Origin: Rhynchopus sp. YZ270_cl-10
Lineage: Eukaryota
NCBI GenBank assembly: GCA_964035575.1
Contig: OZ037847.1
Location: 682,001-746,000, forward strand
Direction of reading: 5' to 3'
DNA: 64,000 bases
The notes beneath the pieces are model-generated. The model was given only the letters and a program-made list of their open reading frames with translations. It was not told where the DNA came from and made no database searches. Position 1 is the stretch's first letter. Each line of letters starts with the position of its first letter. Position numbers and translations under genes: made by a program. Of the stretch, positions 8,862 through 19,011 are shown piece after piece.

Positions 8862-11321
8862 CTAGACGGTCCAGTTGTCGCCGGTCCAGTTTCCGGTTCC
8901 GGTGGAGTTGCTGTCAGTCCAGTTGCCAGTCCAGTTGTCTCCAGTCCAGTTTCCAGCTCCGGTGGAGTTGCTGTCAGTCCAGTTGCCGGTCCAGTTGTCG
9001 CCAGTCCAGTTTCCAGCTCCGGTGGAGTTGCTGTCAGTCCAGTTGCCGGTCCAGTTGTCGCCAGTCCAGTTTCCGGTTCCGGTAGAGTTGCTGTCAGTCC
9101 AGTTGCCAGTCCAGTTGTCTCCAGTCCAGTTTCCAGCTCCGGTAGAGTTGCTGTCAGTCCAGTTGCCGGTCCAGTTGTCGCCGGTCCAGTTTCCGGTTCC
9201 GGTAGAGTTGCTGTCAGTCCAGTTGCCGGTCCAGTTGTCGCCAGTCCAGTTTCCAGCTCCGGTGGAGTTGCTGTCAGTCCAGTTGCCGGTCCAGTTGTCG
9301 CCGGTCCAGTTTCCAGCTCCGGTGGAGTTGCTGTCAGTCCAGTTGCCGGTCCAGTTGTCGCCGGTCCAGTTTCCAGCTCCGGTAGAGTTGCTGTCAGTCC
9401 AGTTGCCGGTCCAGTTGTCTCCAGTCCAGTTTCCAGCTCCGGTGGAGTTGCTGTCAGTCCAGTTGCCGGTCCAGTTGTCGCCAGTCCAGTTTCCGGTTCC
9501 GGTAGAGTTGCTGTCAGTCCAGTTGCCAGTCCAGTTGTCTCCAGTCCAGTTTCCAGCTCCGGTAGAGTTGCTGTCAGTCCAGTTGCCGGTCCAGTTGTCT
9601 CCAGTCCAGTTTCCGGTTCCGGTAGAGTTGCTGTCAGTCCAGTTGCCGGTCCAGTTGTCGCCAGTCCAGTTTCCAGCTCCGGTGGAGTTGCTGTCAGTCC
9701 AGTTGCCGGTCCAGTTGTCGCCGGTCCAGTTTCCAGCTCCGGTAGAGTTGCTGTCAGTCCAGTTGCCGGTCCAGTTGTCGCCAGTCCAGTTTCCAGCTCC
9801 GGTGGAGTTGCTGTCAGTCCAGTTGCCGGTCCAGTTGTCTCCAGTCCAGTTTCCGGTTCCGGTAGAGTTGCTGTCAGTCCAGTTGCCGGTCCAGTTGTCT
9901 CCAGTCCAGTTTCCAGCTCCGGTAGAGTTGCTGTCAGTCCAGTTGCCGGTCCAGTTGTCGCCAGTCCAGTTTCCAGCTCCGGTGGAGTTGCTGTCAGTCC
10001 AGTTGCCGGTCCAGTTGTCTCCAGTCCAGTTTCCAGCTCCGGTAGAGTTGCTGTCAGTCCAGTTGCCGGTCCAGTTGTCGCCGGTCCAGTTTCCGGTTCC
10101 GGTAGAGTTGCTGTCAGTCCAGTTGCCGGTCCAGTTGTCGCCGGTCCAGTTTCCAGCTCCGGTGGAGTTGCTGTCAGTCCAGTTGCCGGTCCAGTTGTCG
10201 CCGGTCCAGTTTCCAGCTCCGGTGGAGTTGCTGTCAGTCCAGTTGCCGGTCCAGTTGTCGCCGGTCCAGTTTCCGGTTCCGGTAGAGTTGCTGTCAGTCC
10301 AGTTGCCGGTCCAGTTGTCGCCGGTCCAGTTTCCAGCTCCGGTAGAGTTGCTGTCAGTCCAGTTGCCGGTCCAGTTGTCGCCAGTCCAGTTTCCAGCTCC
10401 GGTGGAGTTGCTGTCAGTCCAGTTGCCGGTCCAGTTGTCTCCAGTCCAGTTTCCGGTTCCGGTAGAGTTGCTGTCAGTCCAGTTGCCGGTCCAGTTGTCG
10501 CCAGTCCAGTTTCCAGCTCCGGTGGAGTTGCTGTCAGTCCAGTTGCCGGTCCAGTTGTCTCCAGTCCAGTTTCCAGCTCCGGTAGAGTTGCTGTCAGTCC
10601 AGTTGCCGGTCCAGTTGTCGCCGGTCCAGTTTCCGGTTCCGGTAGAGTTGCTGTCAGTCCAGTTGCCGGTCCAGTTGTCTCCAGTCCAGTTTCCGGTTCC
10701 GGTAGAGTTGCTGTCAGTCCAGTTGCCGGTCCAGTTGTCGCCAGTCCAGTTTCCAGCTCCGGTAGAGTTGCTGTCAGTCCAGTTGCCGGTCCAGTTGTCG
10801 CCGGTCCAGTTTCCGGTTCCGGTAGAGTTGCTGTCAGTCCAGTTGCCGGTCCAGTTGTCTCCAGTCCAGTTTCCGGTTCCGGTAGAGTTGCTGTCAGTCC
10901 AGTTGCCGGTCCAGTTGTCGCCAGTCCAGTTTCCAGCTCCGGTAGAGTTGCTGTCAGTCCAGTTGCCGGTCCAGTTGTCTCCAGTCCAGTTTCCAGCTCC
11001 GGTAGAGTTGCTGTCAGTCCAGTTGCCATCCGTGCTGTTTGTCGGAGTGGGCGGCAACGGAGGCAACGGCACAGTGGTGTTCGTTGTGTTCGTCATGATC
11101 GGAAGTGTGGCGGAACCAGAGCCACCACCACAGGCACAGCAGGCCTCAAGCGCGACGTGCTCGTTCCTGTAGTCGCTGCCGTAACGCACGCAGTTGTTGT
11201 CACGTGCGTACCACTTGCAGTTGTAGCGGCTGCCGTCAATATCATGCCAGCGCTTGCCCGACTCCTGACGCAGGTCTGTGCATGGCGCAGCAAGCGCAAG
11301 CAGGACAATGGAGGTCAACAT
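8862..11321 (-). CDS. Secreted repeat glycoprotein: signal peptide, small Cys-rich domain (W.D..G..C..Y..C..ACCACGGG), Pro/Thr linker, then 36 x GNWTDSNSTG[A/T]GNWTGDNWT
   Basis: ATG in ACAACA context, hydrophobic N-terminus; apart from an Ala/Thr switch, unit-to-unit differences are synonymous in this frame; no C-terminal anchor. Confidence 0.9.
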   Translation of the reverse strand: MLTSIVLLALAAPCTDLRQESGKRWHDIDGSRYNCKWYARDNNCVRYGSDYRNEHVALEACCACGGGSGSATLPIMTNTTNTTVPLPPLPPTPTNSTDGNWTDSNSTGAGNWTGDNWTGNWTDSNSTGAGNWTGDNWTGNWTDSNSTGTGNWTGDNWTGNWTDSNSTGTGNWTGDNWTGNWTDSNSTGAGNWTGDNWTGNWTDSNSTGTGNWTGDNWTGNWTDSNSTGTGNWTGDNWTGNWTDSNSTGAGNWTGDNWTGNWTDSNSTGAGNWTGDNWTGNWTDSNSTGTGNWTGDNWTGNWTDSNSTGAGNWTGDNWTGNWTDSNSTGAGNWTGDNWTGNWTDSNSTGTGNWTGDNWTGNWTDSNSTGAGNWTGDNWTGNWTDSNSTGAGNWTGDNWTGNWTDSNSTGTGNWTGDNWTGNWTDSNSTGAGNWTGDNWTGNWTDSNSTGAGNWTGDNWTGNWTDSNSTGAGNWTGDNWTGNWTDSNSTGTGNWTGDNWTGNWTDSNSTGAGNWTGDNWTGNWTDSNSTGAGNWTGDNWTGNWTDSNSTGAGNWTGDNWTGNWTDSNSTGTGNWTGDNWTGNWTDSNSTGAGNWTGDNWTGNWTDSNSTGTGNWTGDNWTGNWTDSNSTGAGNWTGDNWTGNWTDSNSTGAGNWTGDNWTGNWTDSNSTGAGNWTGDNWTGNWTDSNSTGAGNWTGDNWTGNWTDSNSTGTGNWTGDNWTGNWTDSNSTGAGNWTGDNWTGNWTDSNSTGTGNWTGDNWTGNWTDSNSTGAGNWTGDNWTGNWTDSNSTGAGNWTGDNWTGNWTDSNSTGTGNWTGDNWTV
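8869..11028. repeat. Coding tandem repeat, 60-bp unit x 36
   Basis: Each 60-base line from 8881 to 10981 repeats the same unit with only a few two-state variable positions. Confidence 0.98.
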
Positions 11322-11811
11322 TGTTGTGTGTGTTTTATCTGTGAGTTTAAGAAGTATGAACGTTACGTGCAGTATTGTACCTCCACAGCACAGACTGTAA
11401 GCCTATGGGCAGTACACTGGGCGTGAAGGGCACACTATTTGACAGATACGAGGAAAATAAGAGAAAGTGCTATGGGTATCGGAGGTTTTCTTTGCTGACA
11501 TATTTGACGGCTTCGTCACTATTCCAACGGAAAGGTGCAGCCGGAAGGGGGTTGGCGAAGGGTTGTGGGATGGGGGTGTGGAGGGGAAGCATCTTCCATC
11601 TCCCCGCTAATCGCTTTGAATGCGAGAGCTCGGTACATAATTTTTTTTTTTTTGGGAAAAATCTTGTTAGATGAATAGCCTCGCTTCACCTGGAAAAACT
11701 TGAGATATGTACATTCACAGAATACACATACATTTGAAGAGGGAAGGCATTGGATTGTAGGTTGGACGCATACCCAATGATTTCTCCGCACGGTGGAGTC
11801 TGTCCTGGAAA

Positions 11812-11882
11812 TGTCGGACCCTTTTGTCGGACTCCGAGGGGGTCCGACAGTCGGACTCATGGGGTCCGACTGTCGGACTCAG
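11812..11882. repeat. Cluster of direct and inverted GTCGGAC/GTCCGAC words; MITE-like
   Basis: GTCGGAC four times and GTCCGAC twice within about 70 bp. Confidence 0.55.
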
Positions 11883-12256
11883 GGAGTAAGTCTGCTATTT
11901 GCACACCCCAAGCAGGACAGACTGCACCGTGCGAGAACGAAAAAAAAAGAAAAGAAAGAAAAGTTGAGATGAACCTGAGCCTCGTTGAGCTGACTCACCA
12001 AACCGTTTCTATAGGGGGGAAGATGTTGTGCACATCTTCTGGGGGTGTTGGGGAGGATGTTGCATCCAAATCAAAGCAAAATGCTCTTGGAAAGAAGAGG
12101 GGGAGGTGATGAATGAACACACCCAGCCAAAGATAGAGGGTTCTTCTTCCGAAAAGCCTTTGTTTCATTCCAGTTAAGCCCGGTCGGTCCTTTGTCCCGG
12201 GATTTTTGGAGATTTTTGCGGCATCGGTAAAAAGGCGTCAACGCCACCCATTTTTT

Positions 12257-12349
12257 CACGGGTTGTCTACGATCGTACTACGATCGTACTGCGATCAAAA
12301 AAATAGCTACGATCATAAGATATCGTACTGCGATCGTAGGCAACCCGTG
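12257..12349. mobile_element. 93-bp MITE with CAC..GTG ends inserted in a T-run
   Basis: TIR CACGGGTTGTCTACGATCG / CGATCGTAGGCAACCCGTG (1 mismatch), internal TACGATCGTAC repeats, TTTTTT on both flanks. Confidence 0.75.
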
Positions 12350-12489
12350 TTTTTTATAACAATTTTTTGGAAACTAGATGTCTCCTACTGGGGAGGGGGG
12401 TGGGGAGCTTTTCGAATTCGTACATTTTTCGTTGAAAAAAAATTTAAAAAAAAAAATGAAATAAACAAACAAACAAAACAAGAAAAGGT

Positions 12490-12521
12490 AAGATGAACCT
12501 AAGCACCCTGCTTAGTCACCT
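12490..12521 (-). repeat. Dispersed hairpin, subtype A
   Basis: AAGATGAAC CTAAGC accct GCTTAG TCACCT, about 150 nt downstream of the decarboxylase stop. Confidence 0.75.
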
Positions 12522-12673
12522 CCTGGAGAACAAAAATTGAAACAACTGTGAAAATATTCCACAACATTTCTCGCTAGACTTTTTTTTTTACTTTCGGACA
12601 CTTGGAGGGTTCTCCCTCAACATCCTTAACACCCCCTCCCAAAACCCTAATACTTTCTTTTTATTTCACTGTT

Positions 12674-13861
12674 TTAAATCGATTTGACACCAAGGAAGTC
12701 CATCAGCGCCTTTTTGTTTTGGACAGGGGTGGTGGTGGGACGGCCGATGTCCTTTCTTGCGCCTTTGTTGATTCTGATTTCAATGATGGCGGGGCCTTCT
12801 GTTGCACGAAGCTCTTTGATTGCGTCGTGAGCCTCGGCACGCGACTCGAAGATCCCCTTTCCGATGACCTTGTAGCCAGCGTTCTTGGCGATGGAGGTGA
12901 AGCAGACGTCGAATCCGACGGTTGGCTGGCCTCCGACGGAGTCGTGCGCGCCGTTGTTCAGGATGATGTGCTTGAAGTTCTTGAAGTCGCCGCGCTCTGT
13001 TGCCATTCCACCTACTGTCGCAAGACCACCCAGATGCATGATCGCAGCCCCGTCACCGTCAATGACGAAAACCTGCTTGTCTTTCTTCTCTCTCGCAATC
13101 CCTGCAGCAATCATGCTGCAATGCCCCATGCCTCCAACAGTCAAGAAATCTCTCGAGTGGTTTTTGTCTGTTCCAGCACGGTGCTCGAAGACCTCTCTCG
13201 AAGGCATGCCGGTAGTGCTGACCACTGCATCGGTTGCGTCAATGGTGTTGAGGATTTCTTTGATAGCATCTTCACGGGACATTTCAAAGTCGGTTTTGAC
13301 CTTGGTCTGGAGTGCGTACGGCTCGAAGGTCCCCTTCTTCACGAGAACCGCGAAGGGTGCGGATTTCTCTTTAAAGTGCTTGCGTGCTGTGGCGAGCATT
13401 TCATCGACACCCTCCGCAGTGGAAGGAAGCACTGCGTAGGGGATCTCGCAAGCATCAAGAAGACGGGTCTGAAGGTCTCCCTGGGCAACGTGTTGCGGTT
13501 CGTCCTTCTTGCCAGGCTCGCCACGCCAACCAATGAGAAGAAGCATGGGAACCTGGTAAACCTTTTCGTGGGCAAGCGACAACAGAGGGTTCACGGTGTT
13601 ACCAAACCCAGAGTTCTGCATGTACACACAGGGGGTCGTCCCTGTTGCAATGTGGTGCCCCATCGCCATCCCCACAGCGCTGCCTTCATTTGCTGTGCAC
13701 ACATTGTTCTGTCCTGCAGTGTCCGTGATGTACCCGCAAAGATCCTTCAGAAGCGAGTCGGGAACGCCGAAGTAGTTGGTGATCCCCTCCTCCGTCAGCT
13801 TGTCATAAAGCACATTCGCGGGGAGTGTGCTGCAGAAACGTCTTTGTGCGGTGCGAAGCAT
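12674..13861 (-). CDS. aepY: Phosphonopyruvate decarboxylase (TPP-dependent) with a probable mitochondrial presequence
   Basis: FGVPDSLLK, ANEGSAVGMAMG, YMQNSGFGN.VNPL.SL, GWRGEPGKKDEPQH, STTGMPSRE, FLTVGGMGH, DGDGA..MH, NNGAHDSVGGQ, GRPTTTP; N-terminus MLRTAQRRFCST. Confidence 0.95.
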   Translation of the reverse strand: MLRTAQRRFCSTLPANVLYDKLTEEGITNYFGVPDSLLKDLCGYITDTAGQNNVCTANEGSAVGMAMGHHIATGTTPCVYMQNSGFGNTVNPLLSLAHEKVYQVPMLLLIGWRGEPGKKDEPQHVAQGDLQTRLLDACEIPYAVLPSTAEGVDEMLATARKHFKEKSAPFAVLVKKGTFEPYALQTKVKTDFEMSREDAIKEILNTIDATDAVVSTTGMPSREVFEHRAGTDKNHSRDFLTVGGMGHCSMIAAGIAREKKDKQVFVIDGDGAAIMHLGGLATVGGMATERGDFKNFKHIILNNGAHDSVGGQPTVGFDVCFTSIAKNAGYKVIGKGIFESRAEAHDAIKELRATEGPAIIEIRINKGARKDIGRPTTTPVQNKKALMDFLGVKSI

Positions 13862-15220
13862 TGTGTTTTTACGTTTAGTAGCTCTGAATGTGAGGAAGAA
13901 ATTTAATTGAGGTGAAGAAAAGTTGGAGAAGTCGGTGACAAGGGGTACTTTTTTTGACAGATATTTTTTTCTTTGGCGGAGGAAGGGTAAAACGCAAACC
14001 CTGTGTGGTTCGTAGGAAAAAAGGCGGTGTTTGAGCAGTATTACCTTTCCACCCTTTTTCTGCTTTTATTTATTTCTGTAAAGTAGCGGGGGCTTTGCAA
14101 ACAGAGAGACTGACAGATGATAGGCCGTGTGAATGACGTTGACCTGGTGTGGTAAATAAGAATGCGAAGTTACTAATGCAGGTACCTCCTACTGGCCCAC
14201 GATGCCAGCTGGATGAAAGTACAGGAAAAGGTTTAAAAAGATGAACACCATCTTCTCATGCTTTAGTCACCTTTGATCACAATCATTATCGGACAGAATA
14301 AATATATTCAGCACGTCTTCGTGAGCCATTTTTTTTTATTATTTTCTCTCGTTTTTTAAAATGCGCATACAAAGAAAGTACGCTTTACCCGCAAATTACA
14401 TAAAAAAAGGGGGGTTTGCATTTTCACATTATTTTGTTCGCTTCAAAAATTGTTGTTATTGACGTGCAATTATTTCAGAGTTTCTTTTTTTTGAAAGGTT
14501 TAGTGTTGACATCCGAGGATGAGCTCCACTTTTTTTTTTTTTTTTTTTGCGTAAAATTGGGAATAATTATCTGCTCTTTTTTCTTTATCTAAAATCTATT
14601 GAGGAAATATCTAAAATGTAAACGTACATCGAGGGGTTTGGAGGGAAAGGGAGAGAGGGGGTGGGGATGGGGGGATGGTGAAAGGGTGTGTGACTAAGGA
14701 ACCGTATGGCAGTTCTGCTCCCCATCCTTTTTTGTTGTTGTGTCGACAATAGTCTTACCTTAGTAGTGTGTGGGGTTTTCTAATTTGAATGTTTTTTTTT
14801 GTTCTTCTTTTCAACAGTATTTCTTGGTTAGAGCCGGAAGTCCTTCACCCGATCCGTCATTATGAGGTCAGGGGGAGGGAGGGAGGGTTTTGAGGAAAAA
14901 AAAAAGCGAAGTTGATTTGTAGGTCCCTCTATACGGACCCAAAATTGAGCACCTAACATTGTGCCACCATACATGCAATATCTACTTCACTATTTTTTTG
15001 CAAAAAAAAATTGGGTTTTTATACACCTTTTTTCGAAGACTCTATAAAAAAAGTATTAGTCGATGTCGGGATCAACAAAAAATAATCCTTCTTCTTCTTT
15101 TGGTGTTGTTTTTCCACCCTTCCCTTTAACCCCCTACCTCCCTCAAAACTTGGAACAGTGCAATGCATGCCTCTGCGCACTACACCTTTTAACAAAAGTT
15201 TCTCTTTCTTGAAAACTTGG

Positions 15221-15258
15221 TTTGTATTAGTGTAGTCACCCGAGGATGAAACTCCACT
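15221..15258 (-). repeat. Dispersed hairpin, subtype D (also near 14500, 28590, 56230, 56280)
   Basis: TAGTG-TAG-TCACC-CGA-GGATGA-..CTCCACTA fold-back, about 40 nt after the kinase stop. Confidence 0.65.
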
Positions 15259-15295
15259 ATACAAAAAACGCTGTTAACTTTTTCTTCTTCCAACA

Positions 15296-16528
15296 TCACA
15301 TCCTCCTTAAACTGTCATCAGGCGTATCGCAGGAGGTGTCCATCATCATCGCAAATCGACCGGCGTCCATAGGGGTACTTCCATTACTGCCTCCTGGCGG
15401 AGTGATGTCGGAGCTGCCTGCCCCTGCTCTAGGTGGGGTGACGCAGAGCGCATCTTCGTCCTCTTCTTCGTACACTTCTGAGTGGAGAAGATTGCATGCA
15501 GGGGCCTCCTTGTAGAAAGGGTTCGCAAGCACTGTAAACGGCGAGGGACGCACCGCAGGCTGCAGATGCAGCAGGTCCGCGAGCAACGGAACCTCGGCAA
15601 GGTGCTCACGAATCTCCGACTCCGGCTTTTCCTTCAGCGACAGATCATAGAACGGCAGCGACTCCTCGGGGTCCACCCCGTGGATTGGATGCGGGAACGG
15701 CCCGGTCGCGGTACAGCACATACTCCACAACGCATGAAGCGACCCGAAATTGAAAGGGTTCTCCCCCAGAAGACACTCCAAAAACAGCACACCCAAACAC
15801 CACTGATCCGTCTCAAAACAGCGCCCACTCTTTTTAACCCCGATCAACGCTTCTGGTGTGCGGTATCCTTGGGTAGTACTCTTCGGCACTGCAAGAACTG
15901 TGTTGGCACTGCCAAAATCAGCGATTTTGATGGTTTCACGCTTTAACAGGATGTTTGAAGGCTTTAAATCACCGTGGGTAATGTTGAGACGCGCGAACTG
16001 GGCGAGACCTTGCGAAATCGATTTGAGGAGGTGGCGGGATTCGAGGAGGGTTAACCGCTTTTTATGGCGGAGAACGGTTTGGAGGTCTTGGGTCATTAAT
16101 TCAAGCACGATACCATCACTGCATCTTCCGTACGCAATACCTAGCATGGGAATGATGTTGCTGTGCAGACCACTGTTCTGGATGAGCTGCAACGTCGCAA
16201 CCTCATGCCGAATGCTGGCTCCGGTTTTCACTGCAACAAGGCTGGTCTCTGCTCTGCATTGAAACACTTTCCCATATCCCCCTTCTGCAATGACACTGCT
16301 GCTCGGATGGTTCAACAAAGACTCCAAGTCATAAGTAGGCAAATCCCCCATTGCAATAGGCGACTCCATCCCCGGAGACAGCTCCACACCCCTCTGAGGC
16401 GTCCCCACAGCCTGTGAAAAGGAGGGCGACAGATCGGACCCTCCCTTCAACAAAGACCGTGACTCATCATTCAAATCGATTCTCGTTGCAGAGAATGGAG
16501 AGGATGGGGATGGGGAGGAATTGTCCAT
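15296..16528 (-). CDS. Ser/Thr protein kinase (CMGC-like, non-RD)
   Basis: AEGGYG, VAVK, HGDLKPSN, DFG, TQGYRTPE, DQWCLG. Confidence 0.92.
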   Translation of the reverse strand: MDNSSPSPSSPFSATRIDLNDESRSLLKGGSDLSPSFSQAVGTPQRGVELSPGMESPIAMGDLPTYDLESLLNHPSSSVIAEGGYGKVFQCRAETSLVAVKTGASIRHEVATLQLIQNSGLHSNIIPMLGIAYGRCSDGIVLELMTQDLQTVLRHKKRLTLLESRHLLKSISQGLAQFARLNITHGDLKPSNILLKRETIKIADFGSANTVLAVPKSTTQGYRTPEALIGVKKSGRCFETDQWCLGVLFLECLLGENPFNFGSLHALWSMCCTATGPFPHPIHGVDPEESLPFYDLSLKEKPESEIREHLAEVPLLADLLHLQPAVRPSPFTVLANPFYKEAPACNLLHSEVYEEEDEDALCVTPPRAGAGSSDITPPGGSNGSTPMDAGRFAMMMDTSCDTPDDSLRRM

Positions 16529-17773
16529 TTGAAAATGGGGTTTTTCGGGGGTTTTCTAAGATAGTGTGATGATAGAGGTTGAAAGGAAGTTGGAGGGGTT
16601 TTGTGTAATGAATCGAAAAGCGCTGAAAATATGTTGGTTTCAAGAAGTTGCTAATACAATTTCAAGCTTTTTTGTGGATTCTTTTTTTGAAAAAAAAATA
16701 CCATTATAACATCTAGGGAAACTCAAACTCAAAACTAGACGGGATTTTGTGTGAATTTCCGACGAAATGCGGAAACTAAAACTGATGTGAGTAAATAAAA
16801 AGAGGGGGAAAAGGGAGGGTGGTGGGTTTCTTTGTAAAGGTATGGAGGGGAAGGTGGGGTGAGGAGCTCTACGCCTTCCCTAATCATTCAGTTGTCGCAA
16901 CCTTTTTCTCCAATAAATCAAAACACATCCCACCCCCCACTACCCCATACCCCGTTTGCACAATACACGGAGCGCACAGTTGTGCAAAAAAAAAAGGAAC
17001 TAAACACGGGTGGTCCAAAAAAAAAAATCTCGTCACGAAAAAATGTGCAGTTTTATTTTTCCCTCATTAGGGAGAATGAGAACAGAAGGAGGGAAGGAGG
17101 AGGGGAAAAAAAACGAGGTGTCTACTTTGGTGGTGTCGGCTGCCATTCGTGTGAATAGAAGGAGTTCTTATTGATTTTTTCTTTTTTTGGATAAATTGGA
17201 GTAGTGTAGTTGCTTCGGTTGTGTTGCCACAGTTGTGCAAATCTCCGCTTTCCAAAAGTTCACTCACGAATTTTTGAATTTTTTTTGGATAACTTCGATG
17301 TATTTGTACAGACTGGACGTAAAGGAATACAAAGATGTAGCTGAGACCCAAAATTTTGACCTTTTTTTTGACATTGGGTGTGTTGCTAAAGTTAGATGTA
17401 ACAGAAGGAAAAATTGGCAAGACCATTACAGCTTTCTCGCGAGCCTTGACATGAAATACAAAGCCTTCTCTACATCATGAGAAAGAACAAAAAAGAAAAA
17501 CAGAAAAGAAACCTTCTACCAAAGTGGCCTCGTTTTCCCCCCTCAATCTCCCCCAAAAAATGCACAGTTTTTTATTCCATCTTGAATTAGAGATATTATT
17601 GGACACACGCTACCCCCACTCTCATGTACAAAGAGTACATTCTACCCACAGCCCTCTCTACCCGCCTCTAACATATTGACGGAATTGCTGCATAGGGAAG
17701 TCGGCGGGTATGCTGAATTTTCTGCTTGAGCTTCCTGTAGTGTGGGGGGGTGAGGTTTTGAGCTGAGACCTAA

Positions 17774-17844
17774 GAAAAGTTTATAAGATGACCCCAAGCC
17801 TCTCGTGCTTAGTCACTTTATCATATTCGTTATCGTACAGCATC
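17774..17844 (-). repeat. Dispersed hairpin, subtype A with extended flank
   Basis: GAAAAGTTTATAAGATGACCCCAAGCCTCTCGTGCTTAGTCAC..TATCATATTCGTTATC, nearly the same as 41436-41497. Confidence 0.75.
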
Positions 17845-18101
17845 AGCTGCGCTGGCACCTAAATGTTATGCAATTTTTGGTTGTATATGTGAAGTGCGTA
17901 TAAGAGTACAATGTACTCTCTATGAAGCTGACAGGACAATAGACCACGAGGGAATCGTGGTGTGATTCATCATGATGGATTCGGAGAGGGGTTAATGAAA
18001 AAAAGTGTTGAAAAACTAAAAAAAAAATGGTTGGTTCTCTCTTGGCTGTTTTTTGGATTCGGATGGGGGTGTTTGGGTTAAAAAATAGTAGGTTTTCCCG
18101 T

Positions 18102-19011
18102 TTATTCCAGTTTGTATGTGGTGGTGGCGGAGTGCCCTGGGGAAGGGGAAAAGAGGTGAGCATACGTGAACTTCCGAAGTAAATAATCCCCGCATGCGGC
18201 ATGACGTTCCATTTGACGTTCAATGTGAAGTTGCCTCCCCTGTTGTGTGGTTGTGGATGGATTTTTTTTTTTGATAAATTGACGACGTGCAGTCACCTCG
18301 CTTTTGTTTGATACTCTGTGTATTGAAGTGTTCGCTGCCAGCTCTTTTTTAGAACTTTTTTTTGGTAAATTGTTGGAGTAGTGTAGTTGCCTCGGTTGTG
18401 TTGCCACAGTTGTGCAATCTCCACTGTCTTTTTTTTTTGTATTGATAACCACCCTCCGAAGACCGGTTCTGTACACCAAGTCGGGTCATTTGGTGTGGCC
18501 GATGACCCCAAAATAGCAGAAAATAGCAGAAAGTAGCACAAAATAGCACCCTTTCAGCCACACCATCATTAACCCTTTTTGTCAAATTTACAAACAAATA
18601 CCTAAGTTGCCCTTTTGGTGCGCTCAGTTTGTAGTCGAAGATAGGCCGGTCCTGCCCTCTGGCGAACTCGCCTGCCTCGCGTATGGTGTGGTCGTAGAGG
18701 AACATCTCGTGGAGCTTGCCTTCTGTCTCCCACGAGGCGGTGACGTAGAGAAAGATCTGTTTGACGTTCCAGTGCCAGATTGGGCGGAAGTCGACCTTGA
18801 CGCTGACCCCGGTTGGTGCCTCGTCGTTTCTCGTCTGCGGGTTGTGCCACATCTTCAGGACAGAAGGGTCTTCGAGAATCACAATCGGCTCGTCCATCCC
18901 CGAGCAGTACTCAAAGTACCCTGTCGACAGCGCAAGCATCATCGTCATCGCAGCTAGCACCGTCATTGCTGTGGTCATTACCGCATTCAATCTCGTTAAT
19001 ATGGGCCACAT
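18102..19011 (-). CDS. SPCS3: Signal peptidase complex subunit 3 (SPC22/23); exons 18602-19011, 18166-18239 and 18102-18136; 172 aa
   Basis: N-terminal TM, DFRPIWHWNVKQIFLYVTA; splicing at GT-AG introns (362 and 29 nt) restores LRGGNFTLNVKWNVMPHAG and gives the end SSRHSATTTYKLE*. Confidence 0.9.
18370..18428 (-). repeat. Dispersed hairpin, subtype E, in SPCS3 intron 1 (also near 17195 and 38433)
   Basis: AGTG-TAG-TTGC..GCAA-T-CT-C-CACT fold-back; near-identical copy at 17195-17248. Confidence 0.75.

Noticed and set aside
8869..11028. CRISPR-like array
   Set aside because: Head-to-tail 60-bp units with no unique spacers, lying inside a signal-peptide ORF; no cas genes.
8729..11172. Overlapping 766-aa (-) and 765-aa (+) ORFs
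   Set aside because: They are open only because the repeat unit has no stop in those frames. They lack an ATG start and a credible N-terminus.
12602..13906. Long + strand ORFs antisense to real genes (also 29486-30460, 44570-45295, 46706-47650, 51685-52533)
   Set aside because: Shadow frames of GC-rich coding sequence with no recognisable motifs.
14690..14700. GTGACTAAG-like words (also near 48215 and 50802) as opposite-orientation A hairpins
   Set aside because: Only 8-10 nt match and the second arm is missing. They are not counted, but are noted as a caveat to the strand-lock claim.
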